DNA from: Octopus sinensis
Taxonomy: Eukaryota
NCBI RefSeq assembly: GCF_006345805.1
Contig: NC_043000.1
Coordinates: forward strand, 56,668,001 to 56,732,000
DNA length: 64,000 nucleotides
Direction of reading: 5' to 3'
Part shown: piece by piece, positions 12,989 through 26,230 of the stretch
Position numbering within the stretch: the stretch's first letter is position 1
How the letters are laid out: every line of letters begins with the position of its first letter
Position numbers and translations under genes: made by a program
Notes under the pieces: model-generated
Databases searched by the model: none
The model's input: only the letters and a program-made list of their open reading frames with translations
What the model was told of the DNA's origin: nothing

Positions 12989-14326
12989 GAAATACATTTA
13001 TACATGTAATTTTACATATATATACTTGTCTCTTGTGGGGAGGGAGAATATTTTGCAGATAAAAGCTCACCCTGGTTCTACTTCACCTTTTATTAATATC
13101 AGTCAACTAGTTAAATAATTATAGTCAGAGGACTAAGGCAAAATAATAATGAGCATTGCATATTCTCCAAAATTATGGGTAGAAAAGTGAGGGGAAAAAG
13201 CAGCCATGATTCACATGATGCCACCGTAAGAAGAGGACATCAAGGTACCAGATCTTCTACCTCAGTCCTGGTTCCAATGGCAACAAATAAGCACATTTTC
13301 TTAAAGACACCCAATGTCCAAGTGGTGGTTTTGAACAAGGCAATAAATTAAGTCTACCTTGAATACAGCACTACCAATGAAGTTGTGTTTAGTAGTTCCT
13401 CTCTATTTAAATTCTAAATACAGTAACTGTATTGGTATAATATAGAATGCACATGTATGTGTGTATGTTTCTCTTTCCATATATATAGATATATCTATAT
13501 ATCTATATATATGTGTTTGTGTCACAAATATAATTATTCCAAAACACGATCAAAAGTAGACAGAACTAAAAATAAAATTATATAACGCTGCCAGAAATAG
13601 ACACTAAAATGAAATGAGTTCCATATATACATTCATATAATATACTTGTATACACATATACCTATATACAAATAGAGAAACACATATATATATTTATATA
13701 TATTATATATACATATAGATATAGAAATAGATATAGATATAGATAGATAGATAGATAGATATAAACACACATATATCCATGTACATATATTAGTGTATAT
13801 GTTTTTAGAAAATACAGAGATATATTGAAACCAAATTTGTTTGATAAAGAACTCAATATGAATAGTAGAATTAAATATTTATCTTTTTAGAATCAAATTA
13901 GAAATAGACAGTGACAAGTTTCATTGAAATTTCCTTTCTTTCAAACTGGCCAACAGTTTGAAAAAAGCTGAATTGCAGTAAGATTTACACAGACACAGAG
14001 ACACACACACAGGAACACACACACACACACGCGCACGCACACGCACACGCACACACACACAGACACACACAAACACACATACACATATCTACTTGTATAT
14101 TTTATACCCTATTTTTTTCCCATTCTTACTTAGGTTACACAAATATAATTTGCGGTATTCAATGCTTTACAATTAGATGCCTTTCCTGTTTCTAAACCTT
14201 ACCTATTTTTCGCACTTCCACAAAGGCATGAAGTGAACAAACAAGTTGTTAACAAAAGAATTGACAACAACACCATACATAGAACTGTTATAGAGCACAA
14301 ATGTAAACAAAAACATAGATGCTCAC

Positions 14327-14660
14327 TCATATATGTATATATCTGCTCTCCATGCTTGCTGGTTCAACAGTATCCAGCAGGTCAGAGGATCATGTCTTGC
14401 TCCAGTGTATCAGTTTTATCATAGTTTCTCTGGCTTTATAATGCAACCATATACGTATATATCTGCTCTCTATGCTGGCTGGTTCAACAGAATCCAGCAG
14501 GTCAGAGGATCATATCTTGCTCCAGTGTATCAGTTTTATCATAGTTTCTCTGGCTTTATAATGCAACCATATATGTATATATCTGCTCTCCATGCTGGCT
14601 GGTTCAACAGAATCCAGCAGGTCAGAGGATCATGTCTTGCTCCAGTGTATCAGTGTTGTC
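14327..14660. repeat. Tandem repeat, 120-bp unit, about 2.8 copies
   Basis: Same register at 14341, 14461 and 14581 (ATCTGCTCTC.ATGCT.GCTGGTTCAACAG); few substitutions between units. Confidence 0.95.
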
Positions 14661-14754
14661 ATAGTGCGACAGTGCCTTCCCCATAACACCAGCACTAATG
14701 AAGTCATCATGTAACTCATAAGACTAATGAGCTTTCTAAGCCAGAGGAAAAACT

Positions 14755-15075
14755 GGAGAGAGAGAGAGGGGGGCAGTAGAGAGAGAGGGCAGTAGAGAGA
14801 GAGAGGGGGGCAGTAGAGAGAGAGAGGGGGCAGTAGAGAGAGAGAGAGGGCAGTAGAGAGAGAGAGGGGGCAGTAGAGAGAGTGAGGGCAGTAGAGAGAG
14901 AGATGGCAGTAGAGAGAGAGAGGGTGGCAGTAGAGAGAGAAGGCAGTAGAGAGAGAGGGGGCAGTAGAGAGAGAGATGGTAGTAGAGAGAGAGGGGGCAG
15001 TAGAGAGAGAGAGAGGCAGTAGAGAGAGAGAGAGGATAGTAGAGAGCGAGAGGGCAAAAGTGAGAGAGAGAGAGC
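14755..15075. repeat. AG-rich minisatellite, unit about GGGCAGTAGAGAGAGAGA
   Basis: More than 12 copies of GCAGTAGAGAG with variable (AG)n. Confidence 0.9.
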
Positions 15076-15319
15076 TTTAAGAAGGTGTTGAGAAATTAAA
15101 GTATGAATGAAGAAACAAGAACAGGATTCTTGCTGGTGTAGAGTAGATACGTGGGTATCTGACATTATACAAGGGAGACTGGAATAGAATAGAGAGATAA
15201 AGATGCCAGTGATGAAGTGTGAGAGCATACCCTCATAGTACAAGAAGATGAATAGAAGAGTGCTTGGGAACAGAAGATCAGGAAGGGTGCCTAGGTAAAG
15301 GTTGCAAGGGTATGACAGG

Positions 15320-15550
15320 TGGCAAGCTGGCAGAAACGTTAGCACGCCGGGCGAAATGCTTAGCCGTATTTCGTCTGCCGTTACGTTCTGAGTTCAAATT
15401 CCGCCGAGGTCGACTTTACCTTTCATCCTTTCGGGGTTGATAAATTAAGTACCAGTTACACACTGGGGGGTCAATATAATCGACTTAATACCTATGTCTG
15501 TCGTTGTTTGTCCCCTCTATGTTTAGCCCCTTGTGGGTAATAAAGAAATA
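15320..15550 (+). mobile_element. SINE family A with 11-bp TSD
   Basis: GGTATGACAGG at 15309-15319 and 15551-15561. Confidence 0.92.
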
Positions 15551-16834
15551 GGTATGACAGGGTGTGGGCACAAGAGATGGTTAAAAATAGTAGTTGGTGG
15601 GGGGGGGGGGTTGAATGCAGTAAATGCTAGACAAGGGTCAAGGGTTGCACAACAGTAAATATGAGTGGGGAATGACAATGTTAAGAATGAAAGATGGATG
15701 CCAAAAGGAAGTGGTTCAGAGGAGATGTTCTCTGAGATTTTTCCAATGCAACTGTTTCAAACTTAGTTACTGACAAGTTTGTTATAGGGCTTGAGGCTTC
15801 TTTTCTTCTTAGTTGGTCTTCTTCTTGAGCTTATAGGCATATAGGTTTATTGGACAGTCACTTAACACCAGTCACTGTTTGTCATTGCTACATTGGATTC
15901 TCCTCCTGGTTCTTGGTTTACAATCATTATCTCCTCTCCCTTTTCATAATTTTTCTTTTCTCTCTTTTCTAGTAGTAGTAGTAGTAGTAGTAGTCATAGT
16001 AGTAGTAGTAGAGGTAACTGAGGTGTGCTTAATAGTGTGTGTTATTAGGAGGGGGGTGTTTTGTTGTTTATTTTTTGTTTGTTTGTTTGTTTGTTTTTTT
16101 TTTGTTGCTATATTTATTTATTTATTTATGTAGGAAATTGACATTTTACACAATAAATACATCTGCAGCAATGTACTATTCAAATGCAACAAATCTTGGC
16201 AGTTTGAATTGTAGCGGAAAGGAAACACCAGCAGGAACTGGGGTGGGGGAGGGGGGAGGGAGATGTGGGTCAGTAAAAAATTCCAGATTCTGATTTTCAT
16301 TTATTTATTTATTTACTTAATTTTTGTTATTTCGTTTCATTTACTTTTCTTAAATTTGGCTTTTCTTTTTCATGTTTTGTTTTGAGGGGGTATTTAAAAT
16401 TTTTTTTTTTCCTGTCGACAAATTACATGCTGCCTAGTAATTATAAACTATTAATGAACAACAAGTGGATTTTTTTTTATTTACTTTTTTTCTTTTTCGT
16501 TTTTTTTTTTTGTATGAATGAGTAAAGTAAAGCAGTGATTAGGAGAGGATGGGAAGAGTGTGTGCTGCGATGAAAAGCCAGACACAAACATGTCTGGCAA
16601 AAAAAAAAAAGAAAAAAGAAAAATTCAAGTTGTTTAATGAAGGGGAAGATAATAAATGAAATATATGGTTTATCAATTTGAATGAAAAACCAAGCAATTC
16701 TTTAGCATTAGAAACCTATTCATCTTCTCCAGATTTTATTATTTCATCAAACATATATATATATATATATACATATATATATACACATTATATGTAGTAT
16801 ATATATATACACACACACACACACATTATATGTA

Positions 16835-16877
<43 letters not shown>

Positions 16878-17072
16878 TATATACATAAGTGTGTCCTCCG
16901 TTTTTTGTATATTTGATTTCTTTGTTTGTTTCTATTTTTTTTTCATTATCTTTCATCCGTTTACTTTTTTCTGTTTCCTTTGTAGGCAATATTATTTTCT
17001 CAATAAACAAGACAATACGCATATATATATACGCACGCACATATTCATATGTATGTATGTATGTAGATAATG

Positions 17073-17110
<38 letters not shown>

Positions 17111-17778
17111 GTAAAAATAAATAGATAAACAGATGGAATAATTCCAGATATGAAACAGAAGTTTAAGCATTTAAATTAAGGGACTCAGAATTTAACCTAA
17201 TGGAAATAACAAACTAAACAAGCAAGCAATGTATAAAAATTTTTTTAAATATACATATAAATACAATAAAATAATGCAAATGAAGGAAGAGAAACTGTCT
17301 CCAAACATCTAAGATCAATATTCTGTGGTTTTGGTTTTTAATTTTTGTTTAGTTTAAATATATATTATATTTTTCTTTTTGTTTATTTTCTTCCCCTTTG
17401 AGGCATTTCAGCTATTGAATTTGACAAAGACTATGTCTTGTTCGCTGTCTCCTGTCTTTATTCTTATACACTGGAAATTTCAATTGCTCAATATCTCTTT
17501 AAAATATCACTCACTCTTCAATCTTTCTTCAACAGCAAAGAGGATAACAGAAAAGAATGTAATAAAAAACATAGTGTTGTGGCTAAGATGGTAAGGTATT
17601 GGATTACTATATGAAGAAGAATTGATAATGGTTCATATCTTATCACTGGTGCTGACGATTAATGTATCAATGGTGCTTGTTCATTCTGTTAATGCAGTGA
17701 TAAACAATTGTTCAGAAACACTTTTGCAAGACAACTGACAATTTTCTGTGCTTGAGAAGACCTACCCAGCTTAGTTAA

Positions 17779-18232
17779 TCCTTTTAGTATTTAGATTATT
17801 CTGTCTAGTCTAAAGTAATGCTTATTTAGTCGCATTGTTTTGGAATTAATCAAGCATTTTCTTGTAGCTATGAGATTTTGGTGAGGTAATTGTTAATTTT
17901 TCAGAATGATATTATAGAGTTGGTGTGAGTAGCCAGATCTGGCTAGTTTTGAACATAAAATAGGCAGAATATTCTGACTGGACATAGCCATTTTAACCCT
18001 TTCGTTACCAACCCGGCTGAAACCGGCACTGGCTCTGAGTACAAATGTCTTGTTTGCATAAGTTTTTGAATTAAAATCTCCCACCAAACCTTAGTCACAA
18101 TTTATGTTCCTAACACTAGCTTAATGATAACCAAGTTATTTTACTAAATTCTTTGTTATATTTAAAGTAATTGAAATAAACACAGGGCATCTCAAAATAA
18201 ATACAGTAACGAAAGGGTTAAATGCTAAAGGG
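17779..18232. mobile_element. piggyBac-type MITE (CCCTTTAGCATT family), host of a nested MITE
   Basis: TTAA|TCCTTTTAGTATT ... AATGCTAAAGGG|TTAA; internal similarity to 59753-60354. Confidence 0.75.
17997..18217. mobile_element. piggyBac-type MITE, 221 bp, nested
   Basis: Perfect 12-bp TIR CCCTTTCGTTAC / GTAACGAAAGGG with TTAA on both sides. Confidence 0.92.
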
Positions 18233-18689
18233 TTAAAATCCATGTCCGTGTCCCCTCCTCCACCACAACCTACCCACACACACTGCTGCTATTTCCCTTT
18301 TTCCCCCACCAACCTACCAGCACACAATATGTCCCTTTTATATCCCTTCCTCACAACATACAGTCCTCAATATCCCTTCCCTCTACTAGTGCCCACTCAT
18401 TACATTCCCCACCCAACTCTAGTTCTCACTCTCCTTTTGAAATCTTGGGAACTCACCCACCTACTCACCTTCCCCAATCCCCAGACCACTTCATTATATA
18501 CTCTACCCTGTAACTTGGGTATATGGCCCCTTTCCTCTCCCTGTTACATCTTCACCATCTCTCCTCTTGCTGTCTTCTCCATCTGAGGAAGCCATGTCTC
18601 TCTTCTAATGCAAGAAACCTTCTCTGTCCCTCAATAGTACTTTCTCCAGTTGAGGGGTCTTGTCCTGCAAGTTATTTAGTGACCTTACT

Positions 18690-18880
18690 GCTGCTGGTGC
18701 CATGTAAAAAGCACTCAATACATTTTTCAGAGTGGTTGGCTTTAGGAAGGGCATCCAGTCACAGAAACCATGCCAAAACAGAGAGCAGAGCTTGGTGCAG
18801 TCTTCTGATTAGCCAGCTCCAATCAAACCAACCAATTCATACCAGCATGGAGAGAAGATGTTAAATGATGATGATAATGA
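18690..18880 (+). mobile_element. Family B retroposon 3' part, tail expanded into a (GAT)n array
   Basis: AGAGTGGTTGGC..GGAAGGGCATCCAG..CCAGCATGG..GTTAAATGATGAT, then (GAT)n to about 19030. Confidence 0.75.
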
Positions 18881-18900
18881 GGGGGGGGTGATGATGATGA

Positions 18901-18952
<52 letters not shown>

Positions 18953-18954
18953 GG

Positions 18955-19003
<49 letters not shown>

Positions 19004-19454
19004 GATGATGATGATGATGATGATGATGATGAGGAGGAGGAGGAGGAGGCGGTGGATAAACCATCTGAAACCATTCTTAATTTAATGATTCAAATTGCCC
19101 ATTTGAAAGTGATAAAAATTAAAAGCTTCCATCAAAATTCTCTGTTGATCTGTATTCTAAACACCAGCTAAATAACAACAAAGGTATTTTGATAAACACT
19201 TCATTAGTTCTGAATTAATAGAAATAATGACAGTGTCTTTCAACAGATAAAAAAAGGTTAAATCACCCACACCATCTTCACTCTTAATTCTTATCAATAC
19301 AAACAATTATGCAGCTGATACCATTCTTCATTCTGCTTCAGCTTTTCACTTGAAACAAATATTTCATCCTTAGTAAACCCAAAAACAATATGCCAGCCTC
19401 TTTTGAACCTACAAATACTGCATCACAAATGATCCTCCACTCCATTGAGATTAA

Positions 19455-20874
19455 CCCTTTAGCATTTAAACCAGCCACATTTAGCCCAAATGTGGGTCAG
19501 TTGCAGCTTATCACACCTACCATTCAATGCTACACTAAACATATATCAGGCTGAGTGAAAAGTAAGCAACGTTTTGAAGCATCAAATTCATCATGATATA
19601 TTTCAACAATGCAGTAATTTTATTCACAATCACATTTTTGCCAATGAGTTACAAGTTTGTTTATTCTTGTAATATAAAAATCTGGAGTTCTGGAGCTGAT
19701 GAACTCTTTGAACACACTTTCAGCATCAGTTTGATATTTGAACTCCTTCTCTCGCAGGAAACCATCAAGGTGCTTGAAAAAGTGGTAGTCAGTAGGGGAA
19801 AGGTCTGGGGAATAAGCTGGGAGGAAAAGAACTTCATAGCCAAGTTCCCTCACCTTCAGGAGTGTCATTAGTGAAACGTGTGGTTGAGCATGACATGAAG
19901 AATGATTGGCCCTCTTCTGTTGACTAGTCTGGGACGGAGGAGTAGCAGTTTTTCATTCATTTTGGCAATTTTATTGCAATATATTCCTGCAGTAATGGTT
20001 TTTCTGGGTTTTAAGAAGTTATAGTAGACAAGTCCAGCAGTACACCACCAGTCACCATAACCTTCTTTTTGAAGAGCTCGAGGTTAGGGAAGCTTTTCAG
20101 TGCTTCATTTTGGTCCAACCACTGCAAAGAACATTTTTTTATTATTGGTCAGAATCCACTTTTCATTGTAAGTTACAATATGGTCAACTAATGGATTGGT
20201 CTGGCTACGGATAAGAAGCAACAAGCAAATTTCCTATTTACACATTTTCTTATTGTCATTCAAATTGTGTGGTACCCATTTGTCAATTTTTTTTGATATT
20301 TTGATTTCATACAAATGGTTGCAGGCAGTTTCCAGGCAGTTATTTTACCAGTTCTCAAGTTTTACATGGTTTTACATGGTTCTTTCTCAATGATGGTCTT
20401 TAATTGACTGTCATTGATGACAGATGGGCATTCACTATACTCATGATCTTCAAGGTTCAGGTCTCCACTGTGAAATCATTTAACTCATTTTCAAGCTGAC
20501 TACACATTGGCTGATATCACAAGCAGTTTCAGCTGCTTTATGTCCTTTTTTGAAGTTGAATAGCAAAATTGCTTGAATATCAGGCTCTGACAGTTCCATT
20601 TCAGATGATTGTAACAACAGTGAAAAAAATATCAATGTTTATTGATGCATTTGGCCAAGTCTATGACAAATGCAAAAAAATGGTTTTAAAAAATTCAAAA
20701 CTCTGTAAAAATCTAGTACAAATTCTACATGGTTCAAAACGTTGCTTACTTTTTACTTAACATGATACAATCACATCATCAAAATTTCAATGCTATGAGA
20801 TTAAGCATGATTATCTAAACACAATGTGAATGAAAAAGCATTACATTTGACAGAATAATCTGAATGCTAAAGGG
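19455..20874. mobile_element. piggyBac-type MITE split by a mariner
   Basis: TTAA|CCCTTTAGCATT at 19451 and AATGCTAAAGGG|TTAA ending at 20878. Confidence 0.8.
19546..20765 (-). mobile_element. mariner (DD34D), near full length, decayed
   Basis: TA-flanked, TIR core AAAAGTAAGCAACGTTTTGAA at both ends; ORF 19620-19868 has LPAYSPDLSPTDYHFF. Confidence 0.92.
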
Positions 20875-21274
20875 TTAAAGGCAAAGTCAACTCCACCCCA
20901 ACAGGATTTGTGCTCAAAAATATTCCCTCTGTTTTTTTTTGTTTTTTTATTACTTGACATTGTTCACTAAAATCTTGTGCCAAGTTTTTTTTTTCCTGTG
21001 ACAAAAGTATGTGTACACTGAATATATATATAATCACCATTTTAATGTCCACTTTTCCATGCTTGCTGATTTTCTATGGCCAGATGCACACTTCCTGTCA
21101 CTAACTCTCACTTGTTTCCTAGTGAGGTAGTATTTCCCAGGACCAAATATCTCTTGCATGGCAGTGACACTCATTTACAACTATCACAAAATGTCAAAGA
21201 AACAACAACAGCAACACATGCAAAAATCATATATATATATATATCCCAAAACGAAATGTATATGTATATATATA

Positions 21275-21316
<42 letters not shown>

Positions 21317-21317
<1 letters not shown>

Positions 21318-21475
21318 CAGGCTTCTTTCAGATTCTATCAACTAAATCCACACACAAAACTTCAGTTTGCCTAGGGCTGTAGTAGAAGACACTTGTCAAA
21401 GGTGCTACATAGTGGGACTGAACCCAGAATCATGTAGTTGGAAGACAAAATTCTTACCATACAGCCATGTCTGCA
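21317..21475 (-). mobile_element. SINE family C, 5' part
   Basis: Reverse complement of the family-C head and body. Confidence 0.7.
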
Positions 21476-21918
21476 CTGACTGTGCCTATAGCAACTCCCA
21501 TACATATAGCATAGTCATGTATAATTATTAATTACTAATTACAACATTATTTTAGGTGCCTAACTTTTTCATACACATATTAATTTCTCTTGTACATTGG
21601 TTACAAATTGTACACATATACAGACAACTTAGAAAAAACAGTGAGTGCAGTGAATCTGAACACCATAAAGCATTTACATGAGCCCTCTACTTTTTTTTGT
21701 CATTTTTCCGCCATTTCTAAGTAGTATACTTACAGGTTGTAAATGAGGCTAAAGATCCTGTATCTGAAATAAATGGAAAATGATAGAGCACTTTTTTGTG
21801 TTTTTAGATTGCTTAATTGGATTTTTCATGATGTAATTATTTCTCTGCCAACACGTGTTCTTAGATCAAGTCACTTGACAACCAAGTGCAACCTCTGAAA
21901 AACATTTCCTTGCCAGGT

Positions 21919-21960
<42 letters not shown>

Positions 21961-22120
21961 GGTAAAAAAATAAGGAGTGCATTGTGTTATGTGAATAAAC
22001 AAGTCCATTTGCTTATTACTATACGTGTTAGACTTCTGAAGATATATATATATATATACATATATATTACACACACACACACACACGTGCGCAAATACAT
22101 ACATACCTCCTTTTTCAATT

Positions 22121-23010
22121 ATGCCTGATTACAAATCTTTCCTTCTCCACCTTCACCACCACCTGAAGAAACACCTTTCCACATCTCCTTTCTGCTGCTT
22201 TCAACCTTCTATTAATGTTTCCCTACTAATTTTCAAAAAAACACAGTTCTCTAGCCATGTCTCATTTCTCAGTTGCTGCCTTCACCACCACCTCATCCCC
22301 AAAGGTTTCTGCCTCCATTTTCACTCCACTTTCCACTCTGCTTCTGCTATCCATACTCCATACTACTTCCTACAGCCTTATGTGTGCCACCATTCATTCC
22401 AATCTCTCCAAAATACACACCCTCAACCACCTTCTCCCTCTCGCTTATTCCATCTTTTCTCCTCTCTTTGACCTTCTACTCTATGTTACATAATCCACTT
22501 AAATCAGCTTTTCCATGAGTTTCTCACTCACACTAAACAACATAAACTCCACTCACTCCTTCATTCTGTCACACTCGATGTCCCTACCCCCACCCCTTCC
22601 TCCCTGATATGCTTCCCCCTCATCCTCCCCAACCTCCCATTACTCCACACCATCATCCACGCACCCACACGCACATCCACAGGTCAAGGTCACCAGCCCC
22701 TATCCACACACACAGACTTACACACTCTCACATACAAACACACATGCACACCTTCATTTTAGGATCCCTAGTACTGTATTATCTCCCCTTCTTCCTAGCT
22801 CTCCTGTCTAACTACCTTTGTCCAACCAGTTGCCATGATTCACCGCTAAATCCACAAGTTTTTTATTCTCTCTCTGTTTATTTCCTTGTGTTCCTTTCTG
22901 TTGAAGAGTGTAGGCTTGAAACATAAAAGACTTTCTCACCTTCCCGAGCATCAAACTAATACACTTGCTTGTTGTTTATACACCTGTTTTCATCTTTTGT
23001 TTTTCTGTAA
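22121..23010 (+). mobile_element. Penelope-like element remnant (N-terminal ORF fragment plus 3' HHR region)
   Basis: ORF 22121-22471 contains FSSHVSFLSCCLHHHLIPKGFCLHF, resembling the recalled PLE N-terminal SHxxFLxxCxxxxxIPKG motif; decayed HHR at 22894-22931. Confidence 0.6.
22894..22931 (+). ncRNA. Decayed minimal type I hammerhead
   Basis: CTTT CTGTTGA A GAGT-GTAG-GCTT GAAAC ATA AAAG. Reverting three CpG-type transitions and A6 gives CTGATGA A GAGC/GCTC GAAACGTA, with stem I CTTT/AAAG. Confidence 0.55.
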
Positions 23011-23044
23011 ATTTCAAGCATGGCAAGTGGATGATAAAATATAG

Positions 23045-23079
<35 letters not shown>

Positions 23080-23139
23080 GATGATCACTCTCTCACGCAC
23101 ACGCATACATATATGCATGCAAGCATGCACATTGTCATC

Positions 23140-23330
23140 ATCAGCAGCAGCAGCATCATTTAACATCCATTGTCCATGCTGGCATGGGTTGGACAGTTTG
23201 ACCAGAGCTGGCAAGATGGTGGTGCTGCACCAGACTCCTATCTTATTTGATATGGTTTCTATGGCTGGATGCCCTTCCTAACACCAACCACTTTCCAGAG
23301 TGTCTGTGTGTATTGTATGTCATTGTGTTT
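23140..23330 (-). mobile_element. Family B retroposon
   Basis: CATTTAACATCC..CCATGCTGGCATGGGTTGGAC..GGATGCCCTTCCTAAC. Confidence 0.75.
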
Positions 23331-23555
23331 TTGTATGTCCCACCACCACTACCAACACCACATCTTGACAACCATTGTTGGTTTGTTTACATCCATGTAA
23401 CTTAGCCAGTTCAGTAAAAGAGACTGGGAGAAAAATGGGCCAGACTTAAAAAATAAACACTACAGGTGGGCATTTTGTTTGACTAAACCCCTCAAGGCAG
23501 TGCTCCAACATAGCTGCAGTCCAATGATAGAAATAAATAAAATATGAAAGATAGG

Positions 23556-24120
23556 TGGCCACAAGATCACAAATCTGAAGACAAGGAACAATAAATTAAA
23601 CTGAACCTTCATCCTTGACAAGCACTTTATTCCTCTGATCTCTCACCACATCAAAGGATGAAAGCAAAGATGGTCTTCAAGAAATCTGAACTTGGAATGT
23701 AAAACGCCACAACAAATATGACAAAGTATTTTATCCAACATTCTATGGACTCTACCAATTTGCCACTTTATAGATAAAAATGGTAGATAAATGATTCTAG
23801 CAATGCAATATCCCTTTTGTGTCCCTAAACAAAGAAAAGACAAAAGATGGATGGCCACAAGATCATAAATTTGAAGAGAGAAAATAATCAATTAAAGTGA
23901 ACCCTTGTACACAACAAGCACTTTATTCCACTGACTTCTCACCACATCAAAGTATGAAAAGAAAAGATGGTCTCAAAGAAATCTGAACTTAGAATGTTAA
24001 ATTCTACAATAAATACAAGGTATTTTATCTGACGCTCTATTGACTCTACCAATTTGCCGCTATGTAGATAAAAATGGTAGATAAATGATTCTGGCAATAT
24101 AATATCCCTTTTTGTGTTCT
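23556..24120 (+). repeat. Tandem duplication (~296-bp unit x2), possibly a decayed mariner 3' fragment
   Basis: TGGCCACAAGATCA starts both units; translations include ALYSSDLSP / ALYSTDFSP and YVDKNGR, echoing mariner PYSPDLxP and VDxNGxY. Confidence 0.7.
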
Positions 24121-25260
24121 TAATAATGTACTTGAGAAAGGCATGAACATTACGTGATCTCAAACCCCACCATATTGATCACATTTTCTTTGTTGTTGCT
24201 GTTATAAATCTGAAAACTGGGTGTGCTAATGAAACAAATCATATAATATCCTATGTGAAGATTTCTTTTCATCATTTTAATCTTGAAAGAACAAATTTGT
24301 TCACAACAAACAAAAGGAAAAATTGAACTAGTCATTGATAACAATCAGAGAACACAGGAAAGAAATGGTGATTAGAAAGGAAACAAAAAGAGAGAAAGAA
24401 AAAAAAGATAATTACGGTTATCATCAATAGTTAAAAAATATTGATTTCACTTTCTTTTTTAACTTTCAGTTCATATTTTTGTCATAATCGTTGTAGTTTT
24501 GTGTTGTCTTTCGCTTAGTTTTTGGGGTCCTTTTTTCTTGGTTTTTGTTTTGTTTTTTTGTTTTTTGTGGTGGATGTTTTTTATTTTTTCTTAATATACG
24601 ATTTGATAATTTAGAAAATTAGAAAATTACACCTGAGTAGAGATGTTTACTGGATTTTGCTTTGTTTTTCATTTTTATTCAATATAGATTACACACACTC
24701 ACACACATTCATATATACACACACACACACACATATTTATATACACTTACATATAACTATATATAGGGAGATAAACAGATTGAGTGATACATAATACATA
24801 CATACATACATATATATATATATATAAATATACCTGCATGTATACATCTATATATGCACATTTACATAAAGATATTGACAGATATATATATATGTATATA
24901 TATTCTGATTTAGCTAGGTATTTTGGGAGCCACCAACAGAACATATAATATGAGTATGGCAAAAGCAAGAATATATAACATGAAAGATTTACCATGCACA
25001 AAGTGGAAGTGGTACTGTTAAGTGACCTAAATTTGAAGAACAGCTTAAAATATGAAAACTTAGTCATAGAAAAATATAGCATTGGTGTATCAAGAAATAC
25101 AATTATTACAGCAAGAAGAATTAACAAAGATCTACAAATAAATAACTTGTAGTAGGAGAGATTTCTGAAAAAATATCAGCTATAACCAGCCACCTCTACT
25201 GGAAAGTACTTTGTGTATTCAGATCTCAGCTCACAGAATTTACAGAATTATAAAACTGCA

Positions 25261-25830
25261 GGCATGGCTATGTGTTTAAGAAGTTCCTTTCTCAACCATA
25301 TCGTTTCCGGTTCAATCCCTCTGTGAGACCTCTTAGGCAAGCATCTTCTACTATAGCTCTTAGCTGACCAAAGCCTTGTGAGAGGATATGGTAAATAGAA
25401 ACTGGATGGAATTTGTTGTATGTGTGTATGTTCATATTGTGTGAGTGTGTGTGTGTATGCGTGTGTTTACGTGTGCGTGAGTTTGTGTGTGAATGTGTGT
25501 GCGCACTTGTGTGCATGTGTATTAGTGTGCGTGTGTGTTTGAATGTATATGTGTGTGAGTGCATGTGGTGAGAGTGTGCATGCATGTATGTATGTGTGCA
25601 TGTTTACATGTTTTCACATTGCATGATAGCTGTAAATGAGCATCACTATCATGCAAGTGACATCATTCATTTTCAATTTTCTGTAAAAACATGTCCAGCC
25701 ATGGGGAAAAGTTACCTTGCTTGGGGAAAGGTGTGGGTAGGTGACAGTAAGGACACTTGGACATAGTAAATCTGCATCAATGAACTCTGTCTGACCCATA
25801 ACAATCATGGAAAAGTGAATGAACATTATG
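25261..25830 (+). mobile_element. SINE family C variant with TG-rich middle
   Basis: GGCATGGCTATGTG..GGTTCAATCCC..GGCAAGCATCTTCTACTATAG head; 3' half similar to 61230-61450. Confidence 0.7.
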
Positions 25831-26230
25831 ATGATGATCTCATACTTCTAGGACAATCTCACAATTACAGCCTTTAGATATTTCTGTAAACAAACCTCTC
25901 AAAGTCTTTATGCATGAAAGATCAAATAAATATATGAACGATTCAACTCAGCATGAATATTCAGTTACTGGATGCATATAGAGTTCTAGTATCACAAAAG
26001 TGTATTGATAGTTTAAGAAATCAAGAGATGCAGTGGAAGAAGAGATTGCAGTCAAATCTTTCGAGAAGTGTGATGTGAATAATGCTTTTAGTTGGCAGAG
26101 AAGATGAAACAGTTTATGAAAAAAATTAGACCTGCATTGAAGAAGAATTTGAAAATTTCCAAGACAGCAGCCATGAAGATAAAATTCAAAGATGACAAGA
26201 ATAGTATATAAAAATTTAAGTACATATCCT

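Noticed and set aside
13175-13351. 58-aa ORF MGRKVRGKSS...
   Set aside because: Short, no recognisable family, no supporting splice or promoter context.
17403-17590. Candidate exon with ISAIEFDKDYVLFA, reminiscent of the COP1 WD40 motif SSIEFDRD
   Set aside because: Similarity covers about 14 aa only and then collapses; the donor comes from a tRNA-like SINE A-box (TGGCTAAGATGGTAAGG).
24915-25150. GIY-YIG-like peptide YFGS..YENLVIEKY
   Set aside because: Multiple stops and too few diagnostic residues to support a call.
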